Below the pieces are notes generated by a model that was given only the letters and a program-made list of their open reading frames with translations, ran no database searches and had not been told where the DNA came from. Below are positions 1 to 12,439 of a stretch of DNA of 64,000 bases, one piece after another. The position numbers were made by a program, and so were the translations under genes. The stretch is taken from assembly GCA_046563655.1 (NCBI GenBank), contig CM102285.1, positions 2,046,001 through 2,110,000 on the forward strand, given 5' to 3'. Each line of letters begins with the position of its first letter. Positions within the stretch are counted from its first letter, which is position 1. This stretch comes from Yuukianura sp. NJ FZ-2021 (Eukaryota).

Positions 1-1725
1 TCGTATTGCTTCTCCTTTTTGTAGAAGGTCAAACGCTTCGTTGATTTTGTCCAAAGGCATTCGGTGAGTGATGAGTTTCTGCGCAGACTCGAGGCGTCCT
101 TCGACTATTTCCTTGCAAATCAGTTTGATTCCTTCAATTGGTTTGTATTTTCCGTAATACCCGCCAGTGAAAGTTTGACCCAGCAGCAAATTTCCAGCCG
201 ACACGGTCACCTCGGTACCTGACGGAAGTACTCCTACTATGACCAAGGTTCCCCAAGGAGCAAGTGACTTCTGCGCCTGTGCCATGCAAGCTGGCGCTCC
301 TGAACACTCAAAAGCGAAGTCTATTCCGCCTTGAGCTTTGAGTGTAGCCAGAATCTCCTCTTCTGATTGGTCACTCGTGCTAAAAAAGTCCGTGGCGCCA
401 AGGTCTTTAGCCAGTTTTGCCTTATGAACATATCGATCAATTGCGAAAATCTTGCCGGCTCCAGCCGCTTTGCAGCCGATGACCGTGCTCAGACCAACGG
501 CTCCAAGGCCCCAAACTGCGCAGACGCTTCCAGGGGCCACCTTCGCAATGTTAGTTGCCGAGCCGTAGCCAGTTCCCAAGCAGCAACCAACCAACGCAGC
601 GACGTCTAGTGGAATGGACTCATCAATTTTGCAAATTTTGGTTTCTTCCAGAATTACGTATTCAGCAAAAGTTCCGGCGCCAAGATATGTCATAGCTGGC
701 GTACCGTCGACAACAAGTTTAATTCTTGACGTTCCGTCCTGGCGAAAAAGCTCTTTTGCAAAATTGGAATTTGCACAGAGGTTGGACATTGGTTTTTGGG
801 TACAAACGACACATTGGTTGCATTGAACCATCCATTGTACAATGACATGATCTCCTGGCTTGACCTTTGACACGCCTTGTCCAACGGACTCCACGATTCC
901 AGCACCTTCATGGCCGCAAATCAATGGACGGTTGACTTTGGATGCCCCTGTAACCAAAGATGTAAGAAAATTTGTTAAAACCTTAAAAATTTCAGAAGGA
1001 ACTGAAAAGTGAAGCGTAGGTTATCAGGCTTAGTGTTACGAGACGTTTTAACCAGTGTTGGTGGATATCCACTTTTTTAGCATTTCGTCCAGGATATATC
1101 CACTGGATAAATGGATAAATCCGGATGAAATCCAGTTTCCGATGGACGAAATTGAGTTTCGTCCGGAAGAAACCAAAAAAATCCGGATATATCCACCACT
1201 TTCGAGAGGAGTTGAAAAAATATTTTATTCATCCACCAACACTGGTTTTAACAGTGTACGCGGTAAGGTTAAAACATTTATCCACTTTTTAGGCATTTCA
1301 TGAACGGCTGGATATCCATTGGAAGATATGAACGAAATGGGTGAATCAAAAGGGGCGGAGCTTTGCTGGCGGGGTGGTATGAATGATTTGAAATAGAGTG
1401 GTTAAAACTCGATTACCGTAATCGCGAGATTTCTCTATTTAACGCGAGTTTGACTTATAAAGTTCTCTTAAAAGGTTTACAAAATGTGTCCGTGAAAATT
1501 AAGAATAAGAATAAAATATTTTTACTTATAAAAGTTTTCCCTTTCCTTACCATTTCCACCGATATCAATGCCTCTGATAACAAACGTGTCTGAATGACAC
1601 AAGCCAGTTGCTTTGACCTTAACCCGGACTTCTCCTGCTTTCGGAGCTTCAAAGTTGACGTCAACAATTTTCAGCGGTGTATTTGGCGCAAACAAAACTG
1701 CCGCCTTTCCCTGAATTGCCGCCAT
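1..1725 (-). CDS. Zn-dependent medium-chain alcohol dehydrogenase, copy 1 (3' end runs off the window); exons 1725-1551 and 947-<1
   Basis: Exon 1 [10 protein letters not shown]...GLCHSD, GT-AG phase-1 intron, exon 2 with GHEG, structural-Zn cysteines, VGCC and the GLGAVG Rossmann motif. Confidence 0.92.
1053..1244. mobile_element. hAT-type MITE in the ADH copy 1 intron
   Basis: TIRs CAGTGTTGGTGGAT...ATCCACCAACACTG with a perfect 8-bp TSD GTTTTAAC (1045-1052 and 1245-1252); absent from paralogous introns. Confidence 0.85.
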
Positions 1726-2408
1726 ATTGCAACTCCTTGTAGCTTTTACGGTTTTGTTTGAGGCTTTTGAGAAGGAAATTAAAAAAAGGAATGTTTTTCA
1801 CTGTTAGTATTTTCTTATAACGCCTTGGTACATATATTACGCGGATGAAAATAATATTCTTTAATATTTCTAGTGAGACTTTTAGTATTCTTTATTATTC
1901 GAATTATTGAAGAGAGAAAGACGAGACTCGACTGGACAGTCCAAGAGTCAGAAAAGATGAGAGAAATCAAGGGACACTTTCCGAAAGATGCCACAAAAGT
2001 AGACCCTTCAAGGGATCATTATGAGTCCTTGAAAACTAATCTTAACTAAAAAGGAATTTCGTGTTTTCCAAAGTTGTGACGAAGGGAGTGTAACATATTT
2101 CTGGGCCATGGAAAATGTCGTCCCGACATGGAGATTACAAGGAATCTTAAAGATGAAGTTCCTGTGTCTTAAGTTAGCTACGAAGGGTGAAAGTTACATT
2201 GAAATATTATTTGTAACAATATACTAAATATGATCCTTAGCTCAACATAATTTGCAACTTATTTCTTCAATTTGAAACAAAATTGTGAATATTTAAAACT
2301 CTTAATCTATGATACTTATTTCCTTTCATTAGTCATTTTTGAAATTCCCATGGCTTTCTGCTTCAGTGCCAATGGCGAATGTAAACCGTAACTTATTTGG
2401 AACTTTTA

Positions 2409-2600
2409 CAGTTCATTTTTTTATTCTGTGCAGTTGGTAAAATCGATTGCATTGTCGCTTTTATGGAGATTTTCATTTTTTTTGAAAACATGACCACCAT
2501 GCTGTTTACATGGCGTTTTTCGCAAAATTGAAAAACACAATGTTAATCCTCCATAAGGCGATTGGAACAGCTCAACTGCACAAAATAAAAAAATGAACTA
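2409..2600. mobile_element. MITE-like inverted-repeat element with TA flanks (possibly Tc1/mariner-derived)
   Basis: AGTTCATTTTTTTATTCTGTGCAGTTG (2410-2436) is near-perfectly inverted at 2573-2599; inner inverted match TTATGGAG/CTCCATAA; TA on both sides. Confidence 0.6.
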
Positions 2601-2958
2601 TAGTCACAATAATATTTGCCCTTTCGGAATATATTTAACAAAAATACTTACAGATCATATTTCGTATAATTATTGACATTCTTGCTAAGTTGTGAGATGA
2701 AGTCATCAGTAGTGAATGAAGAATGCTTCTCCTTTACATTGAAACTTTTTTTTTCTTGAAAGTAGCAACGCAATGTAATCAACGCAACGTTACCAAATCC
2801 AAACCAATATGATGTGTTTATTTTACAAATGAGCTGTAACTTAAATTCTTGACACAAAATTATCCAATTGAAGATTTGCAAATTTTAATTTCAAGTTTCC
2901 TAGAACTGGCAAATACTGGCGCATTGGGTAAACATTTATGTATGTAGCATTAGCAACA

Positions 2959-4646
2959 CTACATTTCAATTATAGTTCGAATTGCTTCTCCTCTTTTCAG
3001 AAGGTCAAACCCATCGTTGATCTTTTCCAGAGGCATTCGGTGCGTGATAAGTTTCTTGGCAGCTTCCAGACGCCCTTCGACGATTTCCTGGCAAATCAAT
3101 TTCATTCCTTCAATCGGTTTGTATTTTCCGTAATACCCGCCAGTGAAAGTTTGACCCAGCAGCAGATTTCCAGCCGACACGGTGACTTCGGTACCTGACG
3201 GAAGTACTCCTACTATGATCAGGGCTCCCCAAGTAGCAAGTGACTTCTGCGCCTGCGCCATGCAAACTGGGGCTCCCGTACACTCAAAAGCAAAGTCAAC
3301 TCCGCCTTGAGCTTTGAGTGCAGCCAGAATCTCCTCTTCTGATTGGTCACTCGGGTTCAAAAAATCCGTGGCGCCAAGTTCTTTAGCCAGTTTTCCCTTA
3401 CTAGCATAAAGGTCAATTGCATAAATCTTGCTAGCTCCAGCCGCTTTACAGCCGATGATTGTGCACAGTCCAACGGCTCCAAGGCCCCAAACTGCGCAGA
3501 CGCTTCCAGGGGTTACCTTGGCAATGTTAGTTGCCGAGCCGTAACCAGTTCCTAGGCAGCAACCAACCAACGCAGCGACGTCTAGTGGAATCGACTCATG
3601 AATTTTGCAAATTTTATTTTCTTCCAGAATTACGTATTCCGCAAAAGTTCCCGCGCCAACAAACGTCATAGCTGGTGTACCGTCAGAAACAAGTTTAATT
3701 CTTGACGTTCCGTCCTTGCGAAAAAGTTCTTTTGCAAAATTGGAATTTGCACAGAGGTTGGTCATTGATTTTTGGGTGCAAACGACACAGTCGTTGCATT
3801 GGACCATCCATTGTACAATTACATGATCTCCTGGTTTGACCTTTGACACGCCTTGTCCAACGGACTCCACGATTCCAGCACCTTCATGGCCGCAGATGAA
3901 CGGACCCTTTCCTTTGGCTACCTCTGTAATCCAAAAATATGAAAATTCGTTATAGTTTTAAAACTGCAGAAACACAACTGAAAAGTGGACCGTAGCTGAT
4001 TAGTTTTAGTTTTGTAAACACTTTTCGTAGTATTGAAGTGCAGTGTGACTTCCAAATTTTTAGAAGTTTTGTGCGAATTTTTCAAATAAAAGGCACGCTT
4101 TAGTCCCGTATCAAGGTTGTTTAAATCGAAATTTTGTTGATTCTTTCTTAACAGGTTGTGCCGAAACTCATTTTTTGAACTTTAATTCCTTTAATTTTTC
4201 TCTTTAACTCGTACTTGTTGAAAAACTTCCCAATACGGCCCTAATATTTTATTTTTTTTGAAAATATTTTTATAATTTTTAGCCGCATTGTTTTTAATCG
4301 CAAAGGCAGCCGTACCTGTAATGGGTTATGAGAAAATTTCACCGAAATAAAATATAAGGCCTTGGACAGTCCTGAAATTTACGGTATACGAAATTTAAAA
4401 AAAAAAAAGAGTTTACTATGAAAATTTTGACTAAGGACACTATTTTTACCTGAAGTTTCTTGGTTTCTTACCGTATCCAAGGATTTCAACGCCTCTCATA
4501 GGAAACGTGTCTGAATGACACAAGCCAGTTGCTTTGATCTTAACCCGGACTTCTCCCGCTTTCGGAGGTTCAAAGTTGACGTCTACAATTTTCAACGGCG
4601 TGTTTGGTTCAAGCAAAACTGCCGCTTTTCCCTGAATTGTCGCCAT
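2959..4646 (-). CDS. Zn-dependent alcohol dehydrogenase, copy 2; exons 4646-4472 and 3923-2959
   Basis: Same 175-nt exon 1 and phase-1 intron; GLCHSD, GHEG, CNDCVVC...C, GCC, GLGAVG; ends IRTIIEM*. Confidence 0.95.
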
Positions 4647-5177
4647 TTTGCAACTCCTTTTATCTTTTACTGCTTTAATTTGAGCAAGTTAGAGTGAAGT
4701 TGAGACGAGGATTAATAAAAGAGGAATGATTATTAATTTTAGTTTTTTCTTATTACGTCTTGATGCATCTGTAAACAACAACTATTACTTGTTAAACCGG
4801 TTTTTGAAAAACAAATTGAAGGATTTCCAATTGTCGAAATGCTGACTTTTGGCGTAATACTCGAAAAAGATTGCACTATTACATCATTTCGACTTTTTTT
4901 TAATATTATTCTCCAGACGACTGTCTCAAAATTCTCTTTCACCTTGAAACTTTTTTTTATAGAGACAGGAAATCACTGCGAATTACCAAAGTTGTAATTG
5001 TAAATATTATGTGTGTATTTTGTGACACGAATTGAATAACTTAAATTCGAAAAGAAAAATCCACAAAAAATTTCCAATTATTGAAGATTTTTCAAATTGT
5101 AATTTTGAGTTTCCTAGAATTGGCAAATACTGCTTCATTGAATAAACAAAACAATTTTGTGTGTAAGTTTAGTAATA

Positions 5178-7614
5178 CTACATTTCAATTACAGTTCGAA
5201 TTGCTTCTCCTTTCTTCAGAAGGTCAAACCCATCGTTGATCTTTTCCAGCGGAAGTCGGTGGGTGATGAGCTTCTTTGCAGATTCGAGACGCCCTTCAGC
5301 GATCTCCTTGCAAATCAAATTGATTCCTTCAAGCGGTTTGTATCTTCCAAAGTATCCACCAGTAATGACTTGACCCAGCAGCAAATTTTCGACCAACACC
5401 TTGACCTCGGCACCAGGCGGAAGCACTCCGACTACGATCAGGGCTCCCCAGGAAGCAAGTGACTTCTGCGCCTGCGCCAGGCAAACTGGGACTCCCGTAC
5501 ACTCAAAAGCAAAGTCTGTTCCGCCTTGAGCTTTGAGCGTAGCCAGAATCTCCTCTTCTGATTGGTCACTCGAGTTCAAAAAATCCGTGGCGCCAAGTTC
5601 CACAGCCAGTTTTCCCTTGTTAGCACAAAGATCAATTGCATAAATCTTGCTAGCTCCGGCAGCTTTGCAACCGAGGATCGTGCACAGTCCAACGGCTCCA
5701 AGCCCCCAAACTGCGCAGACGCTTCCAGGGGTCACCTTGGCAATGTTAGTTGCCGAGCCGTAACCAGTTCCTAGGCAGCACCCAACCAATGCAGCGACGT
5801 CCAGTGGAATCGACTCATCAATTTTGCAAATTTTGTTTTCTTCCAGAATTACGTATTCGGCAAAAGTTCCCGCGGCAAGAAATGTCATAGCTGGCGTACC
5901 GTCGGCCACCAATTTGATTCTTGACGTTCCGTCCCTTCGAAAAAGCTCTTTTGCAAAATCGCAATTTTTGCAGAGGTTGGACATTGGTTTTTGGGTGCAA
6001 ACGATACACTCGTTGCATTGGACCATCCATTGTACAATCACATGATCTCCTGGTTTGACCTTTGACACGCCTTGTCCAACGGACTCCACGATTCCAGCAC
6101 CTTCATGGCCGCAAATCAACGGTCCCTTTCCTTTGGCTGCCTCTGTAATCAAAAAATAAGAAAGTTCATTAAAACCTTTAAGAATTTCAGAAGCGCAACT
6201 GAAAAGTGGAGTTTAGCTTATCAGCTTTAGTGTTTATAAAACTTAAGTGTAGTGTTAAGACTAAATGCTATAAGTGACATTGGGAGAGCCGGGGACATAT
6301 TTCCCACCCCGGCTTAGAGAACGGATGGGGGCTAAAGTGCAAAACGCAGGAGTTGGATGTTCTTCAGAAAGAATGTTAGAAACAAATTTTCATTATTTTC
6401 TTACAAAGCATACAATTTAAGAATCAAATGGTCGTCGTCTACGGTTGCTGACTCTTCCTGCCTTCGAAAGCTACAAGATGTGTTATCTTTTACACAAATC
6501 TCTGTGATCAAGCCAAGATTTAATTGTCTGCGATTCCAATGACGCATTTATCTGGTAAATTATACCTAATGCAAACCTTCTATATACGCATAGGGAACGC
6601 AGACTTGAAATTAATTATGTACGTCAGAGGTCAGAGGATTGTCAACATTGAAAATGAAGTTGACTATAGAAAATCCATGTCCAACTTCCAGATTTTTTTG
6701 AAATTACTTTTCCGAATTGAATAATTAATTAAAATTAAATTACTTTTGAAATTGAATAATTAAAGTCGCCGGTGCCCTCTTCAAACATTTCTATAGCTCC
6801 TGCTCAATGTACTTACGTCTTAAGTACCAAAAGTTAGTTGAGATAAGTCACGTACACTACCTATGAGCAAACATGTTTTTCCATTACCATTGAGATAACG
6901 GGAACAATGAACACGTCGACTGTTATACTTTCTGTCTAAAAATGTTTTGGGCATTTGGCCTTCGGGCCCAAAGAGGACCGTAATAAGTGTAAAAAAAGGC
7001 AAGAAAAATACCTTCAAAATTACTGTACTAAAACTGAATTCTTAAAAAGAAAATAATAATGAAAATTGGTTTCTAAGATTCTTTCTGAAAGCTCCTGCTG
7101 CGTTTAGCACACTCGCCCCCCTCATCGCTTCTCGAAACCGGTGTCGGTGTGTGCTAAATGTCTGAGGGGGGGGGGGGGGATTTTGTTTTTCATTGAAAAT
7201 CAATAGGCTAGGTTTGGTAAAAAGTACGCTAAACACTACAGTGGTTAAATAATTAACTAAAGCATGAAGGAAGCGTGGCCACCGAAAACTAATTGCGGAT
7301 TCGGATCCAACACTTCGTTAAAAGTCAATTAGGTCCGATATGCAAATGTTATAAAACGGCGATATTTGTTCGAAATGTAAATGTTTACCATAAACAACAA
7401 TAAGAACACTTTTCACTTCTAAGTTTTCCAGTTTCTTACCGTTTCCGAGGATTTCAATGCCTTGAATAGGAAGCGTGTCTGTGTGACACAAGCCAGTTGC
7501 TTTGACCTTAACCCGGACTTCTCCTGCTTTCGGAGCTTCAAAGTTGACGTCAACAATTTTGAGCGGTGTGTTTGGGGCAAGCAAAACTGCCGCTTTTCCT
7601 TGAATTGTCGCCAT
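5178..7614 (-). CDS. Zn-dependent alcohol dehydrogenase, copy 3; exons 7614-7440 and 6142-5178
   Basis: GLCHTD, GHEG, Zn cysteines, GLGAVG; intron expanded to about 1.3 kb. Confidence 0.95.
6248..7240. mobile_element. Degenerate ~1 kb inverted-repeat insertion in the ADH copy 3 intron
   Basis: Ends TGTAGTGTTAAG / CTAAACACTACA; ~6330-6410 is inverted at ~7048-7121; no clear TSD. Confidence 0.5.
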
Positions 7615-8799
7615 CTTGCCACTCCCTGTACCTTTAACAATCGTTTTAATTGTCAGAAGACTCAAACTCAACCAAGTTTCTGGCTCTCACTCCAAACTGT
7701 TTTAACTTGAATAAGTTTTTGAGTGATGTTGGATTTGGATGTTGAGAAGAGACAAGTGAATGACAGCCAATTGACTTTTTTTGGTTTTTCCTTCTTATAA
7801 AGCCTTACCTATATGTTTGTTGGGGGCAAAGCTCGGCAGTTTCCGATCCCCGCTGCCCGCGCTTTGCAATCCTCGATCTCCGCCAGCAGAAACACGACAA
7901 CGGGAGTGTAGCGTTGGGCGTAGAAAAACCGAATCGAAGCAGCGCCAGCGGAAATATAGGCCAAAAGAGCGGGTTTTGCAGGAACGGAAGCTAAGCAGAT
8001 GTGCAAATCCGGTCATTCCCTTATGAAGGAATCGGTTTGGACCGGGAAGTGTTTAAAGACTTTTAAATAAAAAAAAATTTATAAACTAAGTGCGACATTC
8101 GAATGTCGCCTAATTGCATTCGGGCCATTTCACAGTGGTTGTTTATTTTATTTTTTGGTTCTCAGGGAATCAAATAAATTTTGTAAACAAACTAACTTAT
8201 CAGCGCATTTTGACCAAAAAATTGACGTACCGATTGATTTTTGGCCTCAAAAAGCCTAACCCTCTAATGACAAACCAAAGGGTGATTAGCGTTCTGGAAG
8301 ACTTGGTCTTTGATATTTTGAGGTGCAAATCGGCTCATAATGCTTAGTTATTGCCTAAAGCTTATCCAAAGTATCTCTAAATTCTTGTTTATTTTCTTGG
8401 TTGCAATAATCATTATTTGCGAATTTGTGATTTCGCAGTCATAAGTTGATGTTATACTGAGATTTGGCGTCACAAACTTTGAACGCGCCAAATCCATGCT
8501 TTCAAAATTTAAACTACAAAGCAATGGCAATTGTAATAGACTGGGGTCGGAAAGTCACATGAGGCGGAGATCCAATTGTCATTGTAAAATGCCTCATTTC
8601 CCATTTCATGTTCTATTTTGTCAATTCAGCGCGAAGCTAATGGTTCAAGTTTTGCATTTCTCAATTGCCATTATTTTGTATTTTGTAAAATGCCGTAAGT
8701 TGGAGAGACTAGATTCTTGTTCTTTGTCTTTTGTGTCTGTCCCGTTAGTCGTCAATTAAATCTTTTCATCGGTCTGTCAAAGCCATCGGTAAGTCAAGA

Positions 8800-8955
8800 G
8801 TCAGCAGTCAAAGGTCAGCAGTCAACTGTCAGCAGTCAAAGGTCAGCATTCAAGGGTCAGCATTCAAGGGTCAGCAGTCAAAGGTCATCAGTCAAAGGTC
8901 AACAGTTAAAGGTCAGCTTTAGAAGGTCACCTTTCAAACCTTTCAAAGGTCAGAA
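8800..8955 (+). repeat. Minisatellite with a ~14-bp unit (AAGGTCAGCAGTCA-like)
   Basis: Repeated ggtcagcagtca / aaggtcagcattca units. Confidence 0.8.
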
Positions 8956-10159
8956 GAAGCTTTAGTTACGTTTTCTTTAGTTTGCCAATTGCTAAATGTT
9001 GAAAGAAAAAATATGGGTACATTGTTCACTGTTGCATTCTCTCAACCGAATGAGTTGTCAACGGCAACGTTGTAACTAAAGTTTGTTTCAAAAAACGCCT
9101 GAACTTTTTTTTTAAAAACCGACCACTGTGCATTTTAATTGAACTAAACTTTGTTGAACTAAGCAAAATTGTTGAAGCAAATTTTTTCCTACGTTTCTCC
9201 TGGCAATGCATTGAATTTCATCAAACTTAAATAGTACATGTCATAATTAATTTAATCATTCAGTGAGGTTAAATTTGTGTTTGAATTTGATGTAGATGAT
9301 GAATTCGTTCATGCTGACGAAGCATCTCGTAATTACTTTTCAATTACCTACCACTGACTGGACAGGTGAATAGTTTTTCTCAAAAACCCTACTTCTAACA
9401 CATAACGCTTTTGTGAATAATTTTCAACATTTTAAAAAACGAACATTTAAATTTCAGCGTTTGTGTGAACCGTTCTTAAAGTTGGGATGAAGTTGGTTTT
9501 TACACCACTCCAGTCTGAAATTGCTTCAAAAATGTTATTTAAAAAATGCCTAACGTCCACTCTATTGAGAAAAATATACTGAAAATCCCTTTGACAACTT
9601 TCAGGAATCGGAGTATCGGTAGTGGTGGGTTGCTGAAAGAAACGGAGAGCAGAAAAGCATGAACTGTGAATGGAATCAAAAGATCAGAGATTGAAGGAAC
9701 GGGAGCGGAGCAAAAGTGCCGAGCTATGACTGTAGGGAGCTATTACTTATACCTTAGGTGACGGAATGAGATCATACTCTCATATTTCAGTCCATCCCGT
9801 TATAGCGCCTAGGTAATTCTGCAAACCGGAACCATTAAACACAACCGGTATTAAACACTACCCGACTCACATCTCCCTCACGCTTTCAACATGCTGGCAC
9901 CCACGACTGTCTCAAAAATCTCCTTTACCTTGAAACTTTATTTTGTAGTGACTGGAAATCAATGCAAAGTCACCAAGTTGTAAATACTAAAGATGTTTTT
10001 ATATTCGTTTTATGTTTATTCAGGAAAAAAGATCCACATAAATTATCAAATGGAAGATTTTTCAAATTTTAATTTTATTTTATTATAATTTTAAGTTTCA
10101 TAGAATTGTCAAATATATTGTTTCATTCAATATTTTTTATTTGTGTATGTTTAGTAAAT

Positions 10160-11629
10160 CTACATTTCAATTACAGTTCGAATTGTTTCTCCTTTTTGTA
10201 GAAGGTCAAACCCTTCGTTGATTTTGTCCAGAGGCATTCGGTGCGTGATGAGTTTCTGCGCAGACTTGAGTCTTCCTTCATCAATTTCCTTGCAAATTAA
10301 TGCAATTCCATCAATCGGTTTGTATTTTCCAAAGTACCCGCCAGTTACCGTTTGACCAAGCAGCAAAGATTCAACAGGGAATGTGAGTTCGGTGCCTCTC
10401 GGGTTCATTCCGACGAGCACCAGAGTTCCCCAAGGAGCAAGTGACTTCTGCGCCTGCGCAGTGCAAACTGGAGCCCCCGAACACTCAAAAGCAAAGTCTA
10501 TTCCGCCTTGAGCTTTCAGTGTAGCCAGAATCTCCTCTTCTGATTGGTCACTCGTCGTGCTCAAAAAATCTGTAGCGCCAAGTTCTTCCGCCAGTTTTGC
10601 CTTGTGAGCATATCGATCAATTGCATAAATCTTGCCAGCTCCAGCCGCTTTGCAGCCGATGATTGTGCACAGTCCAACGGCTCCAAGGCCCCAAACTGCG
10701 CAGACGCTTCCTGGAGTCACCTTGGCAATGTTATTGGCCGAGCCATAGCCAGTTCCTATGCAACAACCAACCAACGCTGCGACATCTAGTGGAATTGAGT
10801 CGGGAATTTTGCAAACTTTTTCTTCATCGAGAATTGCATATTCTGCAAAAGTTGCTGTGCCGAGAGACGTCATGATTGGTGTATCGTCGTTAAGGAATTT
10901 GATTCTTGATGTTCCATCTTTTCGAAAAAGTTCTATTTCAAGATCGCATTTTTGGCAGACGTTGCTCATTGGTTTTTGGTTGCAGACAATGCAGTCGTTA
11001 CATTGGGGCATCCATTGCAAAATGACGTGATCTCCTGCTTTGACCTTTGACACGCCCTCTCCAACGGACTCCACGATTCCAGCACCTTCGTGTCCAAGGA
11101 TACTTGGAGAGGTCAACTTCTCAACGACTTTAATTCAAAAATTAATTCAAAATTAGTTCAAAATTTGTTTCGAAAATAAGATTTTTTTGGCAAGTGAGCG
11201 AGTGTATTTTAGAGATAAATTTTAGATAAAGTTTAGAGAGGTTAGTAAGTAAGAGAGTTTAGAAATTTTCGATGCGTTTTATAACAAATTTTAAGGGAAT
11301 TAAATTGTTAAGCACATTCGTCATCTTAAGATTGTTTTAGCAGTTTTGTTTGCATGAAAAGTTGATACACGTTGCGTATGTTTTTTAAAGGATTTTTTGA
11401 AACGCTAGTTGAAAGAAAAATAGTTTCGGAAGTGTAATTTTTTCTACAACTTACCATTTCCACCGACTTGAATGCCTTTAAGTGAATACAAATCGGAGTG
11501 ACACAAACCAGTCGCCTTGACCTTGACACGAACTTCTCCTGCTTTTGATGGTTCAAAGTTTACGTCAACAACTTTGAGCGGAGTGTTTGAAGTATACAAA
11601 ATTGCCGCTTTCCCTTGTATTGTCGTCAT
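10160..11629 (-). CDS. Zn-dependent alcohol dehydrogenase, copy 4 (most divergent); exons 11629-11455 and 11127-10160
   Basis: GLCHSD, LGHEG, PQCNDCIVC...C, GCC, GLGAVG; AAG acceptor keeps the frame. Confidence 0.93.
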
Positions 11630-12141
11630 TTTGAAACCGTGTCCGATTTTAAACTTGACTTTGAGAAGAATGAACTTAATCAGAATTAAAATTTTAAACA
11701 GCTTCTGCTATCTTTTATTTTTACTATCTTTCAGCTTTTCCACTGGAAGCACATATCTATGAAACTAGTTTTCAGAGAGACGTGAAAAACAAATACGGCA
11801 ACACTGATCCTATTGGTTATCCAAAATCCACTTTTAAAAACATCACAAAAAGCAATCTATACATAACCTTGTTCAACTTAAGCTCCCGGCGATTTGTTTC
11901 GAACTTTTTCATGCTCAAAGTTTCCTAAAGTGACACCAATGCAATGAAAAATTTGTATACATTCAGGCATTGAAAAAATAACTAAAAATGTTCAGGACTT
12001 TGAAATAGTATCAGAAATTTATTGCTTTTATTTTTTTAAAAGAACATGAAGTGAGCAGAATGAAAAAAGTGTTTTAAGGTTGCTGGTTAGTTTGCGCATG
12101 CGCAGGCCGGGTCAAGTCCAAGATGTCCAATATGTCACGTT

Positions 12142-12439
12142 CTACTTGCAGCATCGGATGGTGTCTGGAGTTGATGGACAATCAGCATTAGTTGGGTTGA
12201 GAGTTTTTCCAGCAGCAGTGCAAGATGCTTGATCAGTGCAAACTCCATTTTGAGCTTTGCATTGTGGATTTTGGGTGTACTTGGTCGCGTCCTGGGCAAT
12301 TGAGGCTAACGCGGCAAAATTTGGAACAACTTTAAAAATCTTCAAATTCAAAATTTTTAAAATTTGGGAGTCGTTTTTAAAACTACTCACCCTGGACCAA
12401 CAAGCAAGCGACTAGGGCAAAGATGATGACGGCCTTCAT
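12142..12439 (-). CDS. Small secreted six-cysteine peptide with beta-defensin-like spacing; exons 12439-12391 and 12305 (alt. 12329)-12142
   Basis: MKAVIIFALVACLLVQ signal exon, GTGAGT donor; mature part C-x6-C-x5-C-x13-C-x8-CC-K*. Confidence 0.8.

Noticed and set aside
8717-8965. ORF with SSQRS/KGQ repeats
   Set aside because: Translation of a non-triplet-period minisatellite
367-11030. Recurrent plus-strand ORFs (MVTRVQK..., [11 protein letters not shown]...)
   Set aside because: Antisense shadows of the duplicated ADH exons
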